Of a stretch of 64,000 nucleotides of DNA, positions 51,757 to 63,447 are shown one piece after another (within the stretch, counting starts at the first letter, position 1; each line of letters opens with the position of its first letter). The stretch is from Tubiluchus corallicola. Its lineage: Eukaryota > Animalia > Priapulida. The position numbers and the translations under genes were made by a program. Under the pieces are notes generated by a model that saw only the letters and a list, made by a program, of their open reading frames with translations, was not told where the DNA came from and ran no database searches. The stretch is from contig JAQGDQ010000646.1 of the NCBI GenBank assembly GCA_030141605.1, forward strand, positions 1 to 64,000, written 5' to 3'.

Positions 51757-53352
51757 ATGATACTTCATATCTTTTTGCTGAGTCTGTTGCTGTGCAACGA
51801 AATTTTTTGTGACGGGACTATTAGTGAAGAGTCCTACGATTATACCAACATTAACCTTCCAGAGGAACATTTGCCAATGTGGTTTGGCACTCATACAGAT
51901 GTGGCAAAAAAATGTAAAAATGATAGCAACTGTCCATACAAGAAGTTTCTAGATGGCACACGTTGTTGGGGTTATGAAAAAAATTGTGATGCTCATCATA
52001 GGTATTCCAATCCTACTTGCGATGGCAATGTGAGATATGGTAAAATTCAGTCAAAGGCTGACCAAGAAGCATCTTTTTATGAATCTGGCGATTTTGGATA
52101 TATCAAAAAAAGGCTAGAATCGATAAAAGTGCTCTGCCAGCCTAGATTTGAAAATGATTCCTATTTGGCTTGTAGTGACTACACACGATACTGTAGGGCA
52201 AAGAACGTCTACTTTGATTTTAAGAACTTAAATTCTCACTCAAGAAAAACTAGATATGAGGAGGATGTTTTTAGAAAAGGTGATATTGGTGGTCATTGCA
52301 AAATGGATGAAAAGGCATTAAAAGAAATGGGCGAACACAAGAGTGCGCTACAGTCTTGGTATGCTGAGTTGCAGGAATATACTAGCCTTGACTTCTATCC
52401 TGCAGACGAATGTGATATTGTCATTGATAAACCTACTTATGTAGTTAAACTCGACGCAGCTGTAAGTATGTACCATCATTACTGTGATTTTGTAAACATG
52501 TATGCAACACAACACATGAATAACTCCTTTGATACTAATGCCTTCATCCTAATGTGGGATACATCAGCAATGGGTTATAGGGATCATTTTGAGGTCTCCT
52601 GGCGTCTTTTTTCGGATTATTCCATCTTGCATTTGAAAGACTTTGACCAAAAGAAGGTTTGCTTTCATGACATTGTCTTTGCACTGTTGCCACGAATGCG
52701 ATTTGGAATGTACTACAACATGCCTCTCATACAGGGTTGTACAGGCAGTGGCTTCTTTCATGCTTTTAACAAACATCTTGTTCACAGACTACACTTAACT
52801 CAACATGGACCCGTTTTAGGAAAGGTCAGAGTGACTATGTTGTCAAGGACTACAAAGTACAGACGGACACTTAATGAAAAGCAATTGGTGAATGCATTGA
52901 AAACCGACTCCCGTTTTAATGTTACGTTAATCGATTTTAATTTTCACATGTCCTTTGCAGATCAGATAGCGTTATCTCACAACACTGATGTGTTAATTGG
53001 TATGCATGGCTCCGGTCTTACACACATGCTGTACCAACCAGACTGGGCTGTTGTCTTTGAAATTTACAATTGTGAGGACAAGGGCTGCTACTTTGATCTG
53101 GCTCGTCTTCGAGGTATAAAGTACATGACATGGGAAAGGCAGGAAAAATTGTTCCAAGAAGACGAGGGTCACCATCCCACCCTCGGAGCTCACGCAAAGT
53201 TCACGAATTATGCTTTTGATATTGAAGAATTTATGCGCTTAATGGGTGTTGCTTATGATCACGTGGTTACTCACCCGTCTTATCTTGGTGTCGTAGAGAA
53301 ACAGACTGTTGAAGAGAGCAATGAAAAGTATGCCCAGAAGAGTGAATTGTGA
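51757..53352 (+). CDS. EOGT: EGF domain-specific O-linked N-acetylglucosamine transferase (GT61 family), single coding exon, 531 aa
   Basis: Signal peptide MILHIFLLSLLLC; motifs CWGYE, DFGYI, HKSALQSWYAEL, MYHHYCDFVNMY, IGMHGSGLTH, CYFDLARLRG, HPTLGAHAKFTNYAFD; C-terminal KSEL ER-retrieval signal. The first ATG is at 51757 (the ORF track starts at a TTG); a pyrimidine-rich CAG acceptor at 51725 implies a 5'UTR intron. Confidence 0.96.
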   Translation: MILHIFLLSLLLCNEIFCDGTISEESYDYTNINLPEEHLPMWFGTHTDVAKKCKNDSNCPYKKFLDGTRCWGYEKNCDAHHRYSNPTCDGNVRYGKIQSKADQEASFYESGDFGYIKKRLESIKVLCQPRFENDSYLACSDYTRYCRAKNVYFDFKNLNSHSRKTRYEEDVFRKGDIGGHCKMDEKALKEMGEHKSALQSWYAELQEYTSLDFYPADECDIVIDKPTYVVKLDAAVSMYHHYCDFVNMYATQHMNNSFDTNAFILMWDTSAMGYRDHFEVSWRLFSDYSILHLKDFDQKKVCFHDIVFALLPRMRFGMYYNMPLIQGCTGSGFFHAFNKHLVHRLHLTQHGPVLGKVRVTMLSRTTKYRRTLNEKQLVNALKTDSRFNVTLIDFNFHMSFADQIALSHNTDVLIGMHGSGLTHMLYQPDWAVVFEIYNCEDKGCYFDLARLRGIKYMTWERQEKLFQEDEGHHPTLGAHAKFTNYAFDIEEFMRLMGVAYDHVVTHPSYLGVVEKQTVEESNEKYAQKSEL

Positions 53353-53456
53353 TAAAAATACTTGACTAGATAAACCAACTAGTCAAAGTGTGTATGTTGT
53401 TATTTTAAAATTGGTTCAAATTGGTAGTTCAAGTGTTGCGTTAACGAAACGTTATT

Positions 53457-53874
53457 TGTGTGCTTGCAAACCAAAACCATCCATAAGTTGGCATAGTTAA
53501 AACTGCGTTATGATGCTTCAAAGCAGAATGACCCAAAAATTTGGTCAAATTTCGTCAGGAAGAGACATCTATAGCATTTAAACATAAGTTCAATGTGCTC
53601 TTACAAAGTTCATGGCAACATGTTCATTTGTATTGTTGCTAAGTGTTAGGTAGAAACCCGACAAAAAACAATGGCTAACTTTAACAGCGATTTTCTCAAG
53701 ATTAAGTTTTTCATTTTGCAGCCTGCACCTCCACTTTAAGGTAGATTATTTCATGTTAGAAATAACATAGAGCGATGAGCTTGGTACCAAAATGATCCTC
53801 ATGAAATGGAGATTCGGGATATGCGAAAAACTTAATTGCCGACTTATATGACGATTTTGCTATGCAAGCACGCA
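53457..53874 (+). mobile_element. MITE family B, copy 3 (internally deleted), within the probable EOGT 3'UTR
   Basis: Same TIRs; lacks ~230 bp of the internal region. Confidence 0.85.
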
Positions 53875-54352
53875 TTTGTTTTCTTGTTAAGTCTTTTGCT
53901 AGTTATTTATGGGTTATTTATGACAGAGTAACATGTATTCTGTTTTGGAAGTGTGCTTAACATTCACAGTTTGTTCTATTACAAGGCATAACAAAATGCA
54001 TTCCAGTTCTGTTATAGTTTGTAAATGTATTAAACAAATTTAATACTAATAAGCTAGCAAGACAGGGAGATGCAGTTGTTTATGATATTACCACACGTTT
54101 GTTGTATATATTTGTATATATTTTGATGATACTTTTCATATTGTTCAATTTTAAGTTAAGTATTATTATTCCTATTAATTTATGCATTATTTAGGAAAAT
54201 TTATGTTGGCTGTATTTTTGTTTATCATGTTACTTGTGTGTATTTTGGACTCACTTCTCATAGTTAACTATTCCTAGTAATTTATAATTTGTTAGGAAAA
54301 TTGATTTTTGTGGTTTTGTTACTAAAGTGAGGTTTGTTAAAAAATTTTATCA

Positions 54353-54358
54353 AATAAA
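54353..54358 (+). terminator. Probable EOGT polyadenylation signal AATAAA
   Basis: AATAAA ends a ~1 kb U-rich region and is followed by GT/T-rich sequence. Confidence 0.5.
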
Positions 54359-54712
54359 ATTGTTGTTTTATATATGAATGTTTGTATTTAGCAAAGTCTT
54401 AGCCCTCGTATTTATCAATTGCAGTGTAGCATGTAATTGTGTTGTGCCTATTGAACCAAACGTTTGTTGTTCGTTCCTGCACATTGTGGTTTAATGGTTA
54501 GTATGTTTAACTTAAAGTAAATGTAATATTTAATATCTCTTCATCTTAACTCCTGCTGCTAGATGCTGTAGCTATGTCTGTTTCAAGTTATTAAAGGCCT
54601 ATGTAACTCCAACAGAGGCAAAGTTTTTTTATCGCATTATTATGAGTACAAATTATTATCAAAGAATTCAAAATTATTATTAAACAAAAGAGACATAAAT
54701 TAATTAACTTAC

Positions 54713-54990
54713 CTTTTTCTGGCGAATTTCGAACACATGCATGCTGTAAAGATTCCCATGTTTCGCATCTTTGACACAAGTGAGCGAGAATGACGTACGT
54801 AGTACAGAAAATATCTAGTTCCGGATGTTTGTTTACTGATCTTTGGTGACCTTGTGACTGTACTCATAATGTCATTCGTCTCGCGTGACGAAAAACGTCG
54901 CGTTCTTCAAATTTGATACCTCTAACAAAGAGGTGATAAAAATCTAAAGAAACGAGTTTTGCAGTAAGTTTAAAATTTAAAGTAAGTGAT
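54713..54990. promoter_or_regulatory. Putative bidirectional promoter with divergent non-coding first exons
   Basis: Local CpG cluster; TGACGT (54791), TTCCGGATGT ETS-like (54819), TCTCGCGTGA (54879); AAG|GTAAGT donor on minus at 54712 and AA|GTAAGT donor on plus at 54983. Confidence 0.5.
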
Positions 54991-56552
54991 AAAATAAATT
55001 GAATATTTTTAATGTAAGTAGGATTTTAAGTTGTAAAAGGTTATATTATAGTCAAGGTTTAGTTTGACTTTGAAAGTTTCCATCATATCAATAAGTAACT
55101 AGAGCTGTAATAAACCAACATTCTTATATTGTTCACATATTTCTCTCTGCATCCTCCACACACACTGTTGTCTGGTTTTGTTTTGTTGGGCTTTAGACCT
55201 GCTTCCACATAAAACAGAGCTTTTCTTTCCAATAAATAGAACGCTATTGAATGTTGATTAATGATCGATGAAAATTGGATATTTAACGAACTTATTGAAA
55301 CAAGAAGGCCTCTGGAGTGGGCGTTATCAAACTATTATGTAACTTGGAGAAAATTCGCATGTGTTTTTGTAGAAACAGTTAATTAGTTACAACTCCTTTC
55401 TCTGAGACTTTCGTGTAAAACTTTAAAACAGTTAGTTGTAATGCTTCTGGAGAATACCAGCTTGGATTTGTAAGACCACTACCTCATACATAAAGAGAAT
55501 TTAATTTACAGTCAGTAACACAGTCTCATTTCTTATTAAAAGGAGGTTATTGTTCTATACGTCCCCAGAGTGTATGTTCCCGCTGATTCCTTAGCAAAAA
55601 TGTTTTATTTAATTACTTGCACACTGTGTGGCGCCACTATGTCAGTTATCAACCAAAGCACAGAAGCATTTTAGTAAATTTATTTCTGTGCTTGGTTTGT
55701 GATAAATTACATGTGGTACGACATTCGGATCAACGTTTCCGCTCTGTGTAAATCCTATAAACGAAAACACTTCTAAATTAGAATGATTGAAAACCTTTTC
55801 ATGTCACAGAGACTCGAACCCCATGCCTGCGTTCAGAATTTCATTTACGTGTGAATATTATGACTTTTTAATAGACTGGTTACTAATATCTGTGAAGTAG
55901 GCCTGCTTTTGAATGGTCACAGATGAAATATACTTTGATAAAGCACAGGTAACACAAGTCATATGAAACGACTTACATATATGTAGATAACTATAGTGAA
56001 GATTTCCTGAAAACGGAATGTACGTTGCCATAAGAAAACCGGCAAAGACAACATCTTGTCAATAAGCAAATTTGGTTTGTGAACCAAAACCAAATTAGCA
56101 CAGTAATCTAGTGATTTACAATTGTTAATCGGCATTTATTAATACAATTGAAAGTTGTATTCCGTTTCTGAAAAACGCCATTTTCCTTCAAAGTGCAGCC
56201 TACTATACATTGGCAACAGATATTACCACATGTATTGCAATAGAAGTGAAATAAAATAATTATCCAAAATTTGAAGTTTATGGCTTTCATCTCCTACCGC
56301 CTCATCCACACCAGGCTACCTCTGGAGACGCTGAAATGGATAAGATACAGCTGACATTTTAGTATCTTATTATAAGGGATTATTCTTTATAATCAGCTAG
56401 GTTCCGGTCCCTTATTATCACCTAATAAGTAAGACCTGCTTTTGACGCCTTGCTATCATCACTATAAAATTATAATAGTTAACAATTTTGTTAATTGTCC
56501 TGTCAGTGAGCTGTTGCAGTTTTATCCCTCTCTTCATCCTCGTTTGTTACAG

Positions 56553-56704
56553 ATTATTCACTAAAGACCTTCACCCGCGCAGGTTTGCCCTTTCTACCAA
56601 GAAGCCCGTGCACTTTGCAGCGTTTTCCCCATTCGTACAGCAATCCTTTTATACATTTGAGCCAACTGTCTGTAGAGTGGACCTACTTAATGCTGATGTT
56701 TATG
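56553..56704 (+). other. Candidate internal exon of an unidentified plus-strand transcript
   Basis: Long pyrimidine tract + TACAG acceptor and TATG|GTAAGA donor; no recognisable protein. Confidence 0.3.
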
Positions 56705-56849
56705 GTAAGACCGGAATGTAAACTGTGAATGTCGTAGGGTATAGCCCTCTATTGAAGGAACATTTAGCCGAGACCCATGGGTCCCTCTAAATTCTATAAA
56801 AACGCGTTTTCTTGAATCTAATCCCCGATTAGTTTACCTAAATGTTAAT

Positions 56850-57360
56850 TATAATAATGTTTAAAGTAAAGATTACAGCAATAATGTTACAAACTCAGAA
56901 TTAATTAAATTTTGATACGAAATTAAAAAGACAGGAAGAGTGAAAAGTTGGAATACAGCCCGGATATGAACCAGGGACCTTCTGCATACATTGCTAACGC
57001 CTTATGCCACAAACCACCGTATTCCCCAGTGGTCAAGGCAGTCCAAAATTTATCCATTAATGTAGCTAACTAGCCAAATTCAGCGTTTCCAATGTAGATC
57101 GCTCAAACTAGAGTGATTTTAAGTAATTATAATATTTTCTTATTTGGATTAACTTTGAGCTAGAGTAATTAATTTATTATATAATGTTAATGTCCCGATT
57201 ATTACTAATGCTGTTACAAACCAGCCACAATTAATAAAATTTTGATATCATAATTACAGGCAGGAAATGGGAAAAAATAAAACATATTCTGGATACGAAT
57301 CAGGAACATTCTGCTCACAACACGAGCTCTTTAGACCACTAGCTCACTATTATTCCTAAT
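56850..57360 (-). repeat. Diverged ~330-bp tandem pair, each unit with a tRNA-like (A/B-box) segment
   Basis: Minus strand GGTGGTTTGTGGCATAAGGCG...GGTTCATATCC (~56960-57020) and GTGAGCTAGTGGTCTAAAGAG...GATTCGTATCC (~57290-57347), with shared flanks. Confidence 0.55.
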
Positions 57361-60300
57361 GTGGGTCACTGTATTCCCAATTCTTTGCCTAAATATTTTT
57401 TGCGAAAATTTTTCCTCTGGCCTTTGCAGCATTAAAATTTTCAACAGAGATTGTAAGTTACTTACATCAATTAAAGTATTTAGACAAGCTTATAATTATT
57501 AGTGGCTAATTTTATTCAGCTAATTTGCAGGGCCGAATTTCCGATACGCCGGCCCGGGAGTGTCGAAATCCGAAGGATTCGGTAAACCCAACATATACGA
57601 TCGATTTACAAGATTAGGAGTTTATGCTTCTAATCATATAGCCGTGTAAGTTCTATTAGTCTCATTGCAAATGTAGCCAAGCGTGAACGAACTAATGCGC
57701 TTATGGAGTTAATAAGAAATCGGGGAATTGTGTAATTATGATGGTAAGATGTGCAGTGATGGATCAAGCTTGTTCAATTGTAAACCGCTGGCAGTGGCTA
57801 GGTGTAGATTTTATCGTTATAAACGACGATTAGATGACATTGCCTGGCTAATGATGAGTAATGCACTGACTTCGCGCTAATTACTGTTAATTACGCGCTG
57901 CTACTTTGTAGCTGCATTTGCAATAGCCTTTAAGGGCTATCCACATAACGATATCAAGTTTTTCGGCCGATTTCGAGGACCTACCAACCTTGCTTTATAA
58001 TGGCCTGATCGTATGCCCCGCCACCTACCTACACCTTATACTGACATCGACACCGATGTAGCTTATGTGTACATTTTATTTTTCCTTCTCCCAAGGGCAG
58101 GCAACAATATCACTTGTGTTAATTAACGGGTAATCCATCAGTGGATTCTATCGGTATTCTAAGTCTGATAACGATGTCATGACTGAATCACCTACCTATC
58201 TTACTTTATAGTGGCATCATCACGTCTCCTGTCACCTCTACCTACCCTAAACTTTATATTATAATTTAATATGTGGATGGCTGACGCGTGTTTGCCAGAG
58301 ATAGCCTTATTTTTTATCACGAAACAAGTCTAAAAGTGAGCTAACATTCGCGGAGCTTTAAAAACGGATGAGAATTTTTAGAAAGCAGAATTTTGCAATG
58401 ACATTCAAAAGTATGAGGGAACGCGAAACATTCTATTTTATTGCGTAGTATTCATTATTATTAAATTTTACTGATATAAAGTTATCAATAAAGCAAAATA
58501 AAATTTACAATCAAGTACGTATATACAATCAAAACCATAAAATACATACACTCATATATACATAAACTATGGCTACCAACTGACAAATTACAAATACACA
58601 AGCAACGACTAATCACTACTGGCACTAGAGACGATATGATTATAAAAATTTCCAAGAAATAACGGATGACGTGTGAATATTGATAATAATTAGAATGTAA
58701 GTCCAATATAAAACAAACTGAGCTCATAGAACCTAATGAAAAAATTAATCGAAGCGATAAAGATAATTATAAATATAAGAACAGACAAGAGATAAATCAC
58801 ATTTAAACGATCACATTATAGTATCAAAGTTCATGTTAGAGTCATCTCTTAAATCATCGCAAAACTCTGAGCGAGTTTGAGGAGTGGGACGAAGGCTGAA
58901 GTTTCAGGATTCTAATCGTTCTCAACTTTTCCAAGGTGTTTGCGTGCTTCTCCTGGTCCTCCGAGATGTTTGCTAATACAAAACATTCCCCTTTAGCTAC
59001 AGTCAACAAATCTCAAAAATTTCATGACGTAATAATCCTATTTCGCATATTTCGAAAGTCTATTAGGCAGGGCTAGCGCTTGAAATTAGAGAATTGTTAG
59101 TGAGGCCCTGTACACCACAAACGCTGTAGAACAGTATAAACATTTTAAACATATAAAAATTTATCAAATAACACGACTTTATTTTGCAAGCTTTATGTTA
59201 TATAGTCTGATTAACAGTGCTCTTTCTGTATTGAAGGCTGGAATATCGTCTGCAAATTAGTAAAATTAAAACTCAGTGATGATCTAACTAATGCATATAT
59301 GACCCACCAAATATCTTGGTTTAAAGGTAAATGGATATAATCAACTAATATTATACAACAAATAACAAACGGTCAGCAAAAAATATTAGTAATAACATTA
59401 TGTCTGATGCCCTTGGGAAGTAGTCTTTAAAATACTGTTTCAATGTGTGAAATACTGTTTCAACAATACTGAAATTATGCATTGCAACGTGTTTTTATTT
59501 TGACCTTCGTACATACAAGTTGACTGTAGCATTTTCTTTAGAGCATTTTAACAAAAAAGTTTAAACTGTAGTTTATTAAGAAACAGAAAGATATGTCAAC
59601 GTTAAAAATGTAGCCGAGACTTTTTTCATTTGACTTAACTATGCAACAAGCTTCTGTTGGTCAGCACTGAAATGCGTGTGTTGCTCGACTACCCATTTTT
59701 AGTTTTCGCCCTAGCGAAAAATTTTACCTCACGTCTCACGTAAATGATCCAGCGAAGCAGAAGAACTCAGCCTCACCTAATCGCATGCCTCAAAATTGTA
59801 GCCATAGCTGAAAAATTGTAAGAGGATAGTGCAAAATGAAGACAAGCCCACTCGGTGACATTTGGCCCGAGTTCTCTCTACCTGGATGAGTACGCCAATT
59901 AAGTGACCTTAGCCCTGTGCGTACAAGGAACAACAAGGCACAAGGATAAAAAACAAAAAAAACGGTGAGCAAGCTAAGAAGATTACTTATCTTTTGTGAA
60001 AAAACTGTAAACTGAATGTCTGTTCCATTTTGGGGGATTTAGGAGATATAACGTGTTTCTACTAAGAACAGGGTTTCAGTAAGTGTATTTTTCGGTGCTT
60101 GTATTACGAAGCCGCGCGATTGAATAGCTTCTCCTGCTTCTGCTGCTGCTGCGACATGCTGTGCGACAAGAGAACTGCGCATAGCTGAAAAACCATTTAC
60201 CGCTGAAATCACTTCTTAACTGCATGGATTCTCAGCGCCTAATTCGTTAACAAGTTCCGATGAAACTCAGTTCGCTTATTGGACAAATAAACTTTGTGCA

Positions 60301-60859
60301 GACACACACATTTGTTCGTTTTGTCCAAAATTTGAGTAATTACAGCCATCGAGGTAAGCCGAGGAATAGAGGACATATAGTTTCCTGTTTACGAACTGGA
60401 GGGTCCTAGCGCGAGAAAGGACCTTCTGATAAACAGGTTTGGAGCGTCACAACACAAAAAGAAGGACACCTCTAACAGGTTTTCAGCGTCCTGACGTGAA
60501 GAAACACATCCGACGTACACAAGGTATGTAAATACAACGCTATTTATGCGTTCTATGATATGTATTTTGGCATTTAGTGAATTTATTTTGATGTTATATG
60601 CGTATGCAGTTATATTGCTAGATGGCTTATGACAAATGTTAAGCGATCCCGCTTACAATGTCAGCTTGTGTGATGCGCTTTTTCAGCTCCGAAAGACGCA
60701 TTTTAAATAACTGTTTTTGAGAGGCGGAAAATTATATTTCCGTTGAATTTCAGACATTTACATGTTTTACATTGTTGTTACTGCATTCAGATAGAAAGCT
60801 TAAACTGATTCTTGACACTAATCAAAATAGATCATGAAAAGTAAAATTTGTCATTTTTT

Positions 60860-61134
60860 CACTCGCTCACTCACTCACTCACTCACTCACTCACTCACTC
60901 ACTCACTCACTCACTCACTCACTCACTCACTCGCTCATTCATTCATTTATCTATGTCTTCATTCATTTCTTCATTCATTCGTTTGCTTGTCTGTGTTTCC
61001 TTTTGTTCGTTTATTTTATTCGTCATTCATTCATTCACCCATTCATGCATTCAGTGAGTGAGAGAGTGAGTCAGTCAGTTCATTTAGTCAGCCAGGCAAT
61101 CACTAAGTCAGTCAGTCAGTCAGTCAGTCAGTCA
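60860..61134. repeat. Compound tetranucleotide microsatellite (TCAC)n/(TTCA)n/(AGTC)n
   Basis: Direct observation. Confidence 0.9.
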
Positions 61135-61674
61135 TATTTTATCGGAAGACAATAGAGATAATTTAGATATATTACGACAATGTTCAATTTACATGGTAGA
61201 GCAAATAAATTACTCATGAAATTTACTCACTGTTCAATTAACGTGAAAAGACAATTGTTCAATACTTACTGCACTACTTTTTTTGTATGTCCACCCGGAG
61301 ACATTTTTATTCTTACAATCTTAGCAAATTCAATGTTGCATATAATGTATCAACACGAAAGCTTGTCATATGATACGAGCGCCAGATATATTTCTACTAG
61401 ACTTAATCTTATTTATTTTGATGTGATTCACAGAAAATGTGCATACAGTTTACACGGCAGGCTGAATAAGAGTGACAATTTTACATGCAAGGGCATTTTA
61501 AACAGTGATGCAAACTTTACTTCTGTAATTAGACGTCATTGACGTAGTTTGTTATATCGTTAATTGTTATTTGTGTTATTGTTGTGTGTCATGATTTATT
61601 GCATTATTTGTATTAATTTGTGATGTGTATATGAACTTTGTAAAGTTTGAAATAAAACATTAAATGAAATCAAT
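61135..61674 (+). mobile_element. 5'-truncated LINE inserted within an (AGTC)n tract
   Basis: DNLDILRQ..GRANKLLMKFTHCSINVKRQLFNTYCT...YFDVIHRKCAYSLHGRLNKSDNFTCKGILNSDANFTSVIRRH; AATAAA and AAATGAAATCAATC tail. Confidence 0.85.
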
Positions 61675-61828
61675 CAGTCAGTCAGTCAGTCAGTCAGCCA
61701 GTCAGTCAGTCAGTCAGTCAGTCAGTCAGTCAGTCAGTCAGTCAGTCAGTCAGTCAGTCAGTCAGTCAGTCAGTCAGTCAGTCAGTCAGTCAGTCAGTCA
61801 GTCAGTCAGTCAGTCAGTCAGTCAGTCA
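61675..61828. repeat. (CAGT)n microsatellite
   Basis: Nearly perfect run. Confidence 0.97.
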
Positions 61829-63169
61829 CATGTTCTTGAATACATCCAATCATTTATTCATTTATGTTGAAGAAACTAATTCGATTACACTAAGTGCACA
61901 AGCAGTAAAACAAAACTTTCCTTTAGCAAACACGATGGAATTTGTTTATTTGCGCTTTTATGAACTGCATTTCTCTTGTTATCATTCAATTTAAAGTTTC
62001 ACTATCAGACCGTGCAAAATATGCGTAAAAGATGAAGCGTATTCCTAACGACTAGATGCAAGCAATAGTTTCAAGCAAACGATAGCGCAAGGCGGACCGG
62101 AAACATTTTCATAGTCAACAAACTTTTTCACTATGTAGCTGGCTCCTGCCGGTTGCTGCAGTTCCTTCTAGCCACTAGTCAACGTACCTGTTCCTGCGAC
62201 TAAATCAGTTTGCGCTTTTGTATTTAGTCGTGTTATGTGTATCATGTTGCATTAGATACCCTGGTTCTGGATCCGCCTCCCCTGGGCTTCTATCTGTCGA
62301 CCAGGAAGATTTATTCAGTAACGATTCACTCCATTAAGCTTATTCAGGTTTATTATACTCGCAGATAAAGTAAGAAAACAGGGGGAAAACTTAAAATTGA
62401 ATCATTCCAGGGCTGAAACGAAATCTGATTATTGTTTCAATGGTAGTGAATTACTCAGTAAATCGATCAGTTGGTTATTCAGTCAGTCGGTCAGGCAACG
62501 ATACTGTCAAGGGCACAGTCAAGAAGTTTGTCAGTCAGCAAGCAGTTAACTAGGCAATGGAATTTTACGTGCATTTCTGTCTATGTGTGCTTATTATGTA
62601 GACAGACGAACAAGAGGTCTGTATGCAAAGCCTTCAGTAACATCAGCTGGCGAGGCACGTATATGCTTCTCGTGTTAACACAATATTAACACTTACAACA
62701 ATAGGTCAACATAATGCCAGCCAGGACAGTGTCGGTTTACACAAGTCTTGTTTAGAGAAGAAATATTTGATCGGCCTATACACATTGTGATAGTGATGAG
62801 TATTTTTTTACGCAAACACGCGTACCCATTTTAATTATGTATGGTGAATGTGTTACTATAGTGTTTTCTGAATTATGATTTTTGTTAAAATAACAAAAGT
62901 TGGTGCACGAAATCGCAGAGTGTTATAATTAGGATAATGACGTAGTTGACGGTAGTGGCGTATCTTTAAACTCTCAAGCATAAAAATAGTGAGAGTATTA
63001 AAACCAGTTGCCAGTATAACGTTTACCGCTTCATATCATCAGCTAAACGATGTTTGTTTGCTATTTCTATAAATTAGTCTCCATAAACACTTATTGTTCC
63101 TGTGTGACACAGCAGTTATAACTTTGCATTTTTTTGAGTAGAATTCGGGGCGCTTTCCTATCTCTTTGA

Positions 63170-63447
63170 GCTGAATCTCTACAAGCCTCTCTTTCTATCC
63201 ATTTGAACATTCGTTTGTCCGTCACTATTAAGCTGCCTAAAACCCTGTTCTATTTTTTGTTCTTTTTTCTAAATTATTATTTGGGCGTGCTTACAGTGGT
63301 GCAAGCACATAGCAAGCTTTTACTTCTGGTGCTAGCCATCGATACATGTTGTCATATCATAATCATTTATATTAACTGTATATTTTTTCACTGTTTCTAT
63401 AGATTGTATTGTATGACTGTATTTCCAAATAAATAAATTACTACTAC
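63170..63447 (+). mobile_element. Probable LINE 3'UTR remnant
   Basis: T-rich segment ending AAATAAATAAATTACTACTAC; a similar (CTA)n-tailed end lies at ~38140-38272. Confidence 0.4.

Noticed and set aside
60834-61870. THSL-repeat and SQSV-repeat ORFs
   Set aside because: Translations of the (TCAC)n and (CAGT)n microsatellites.
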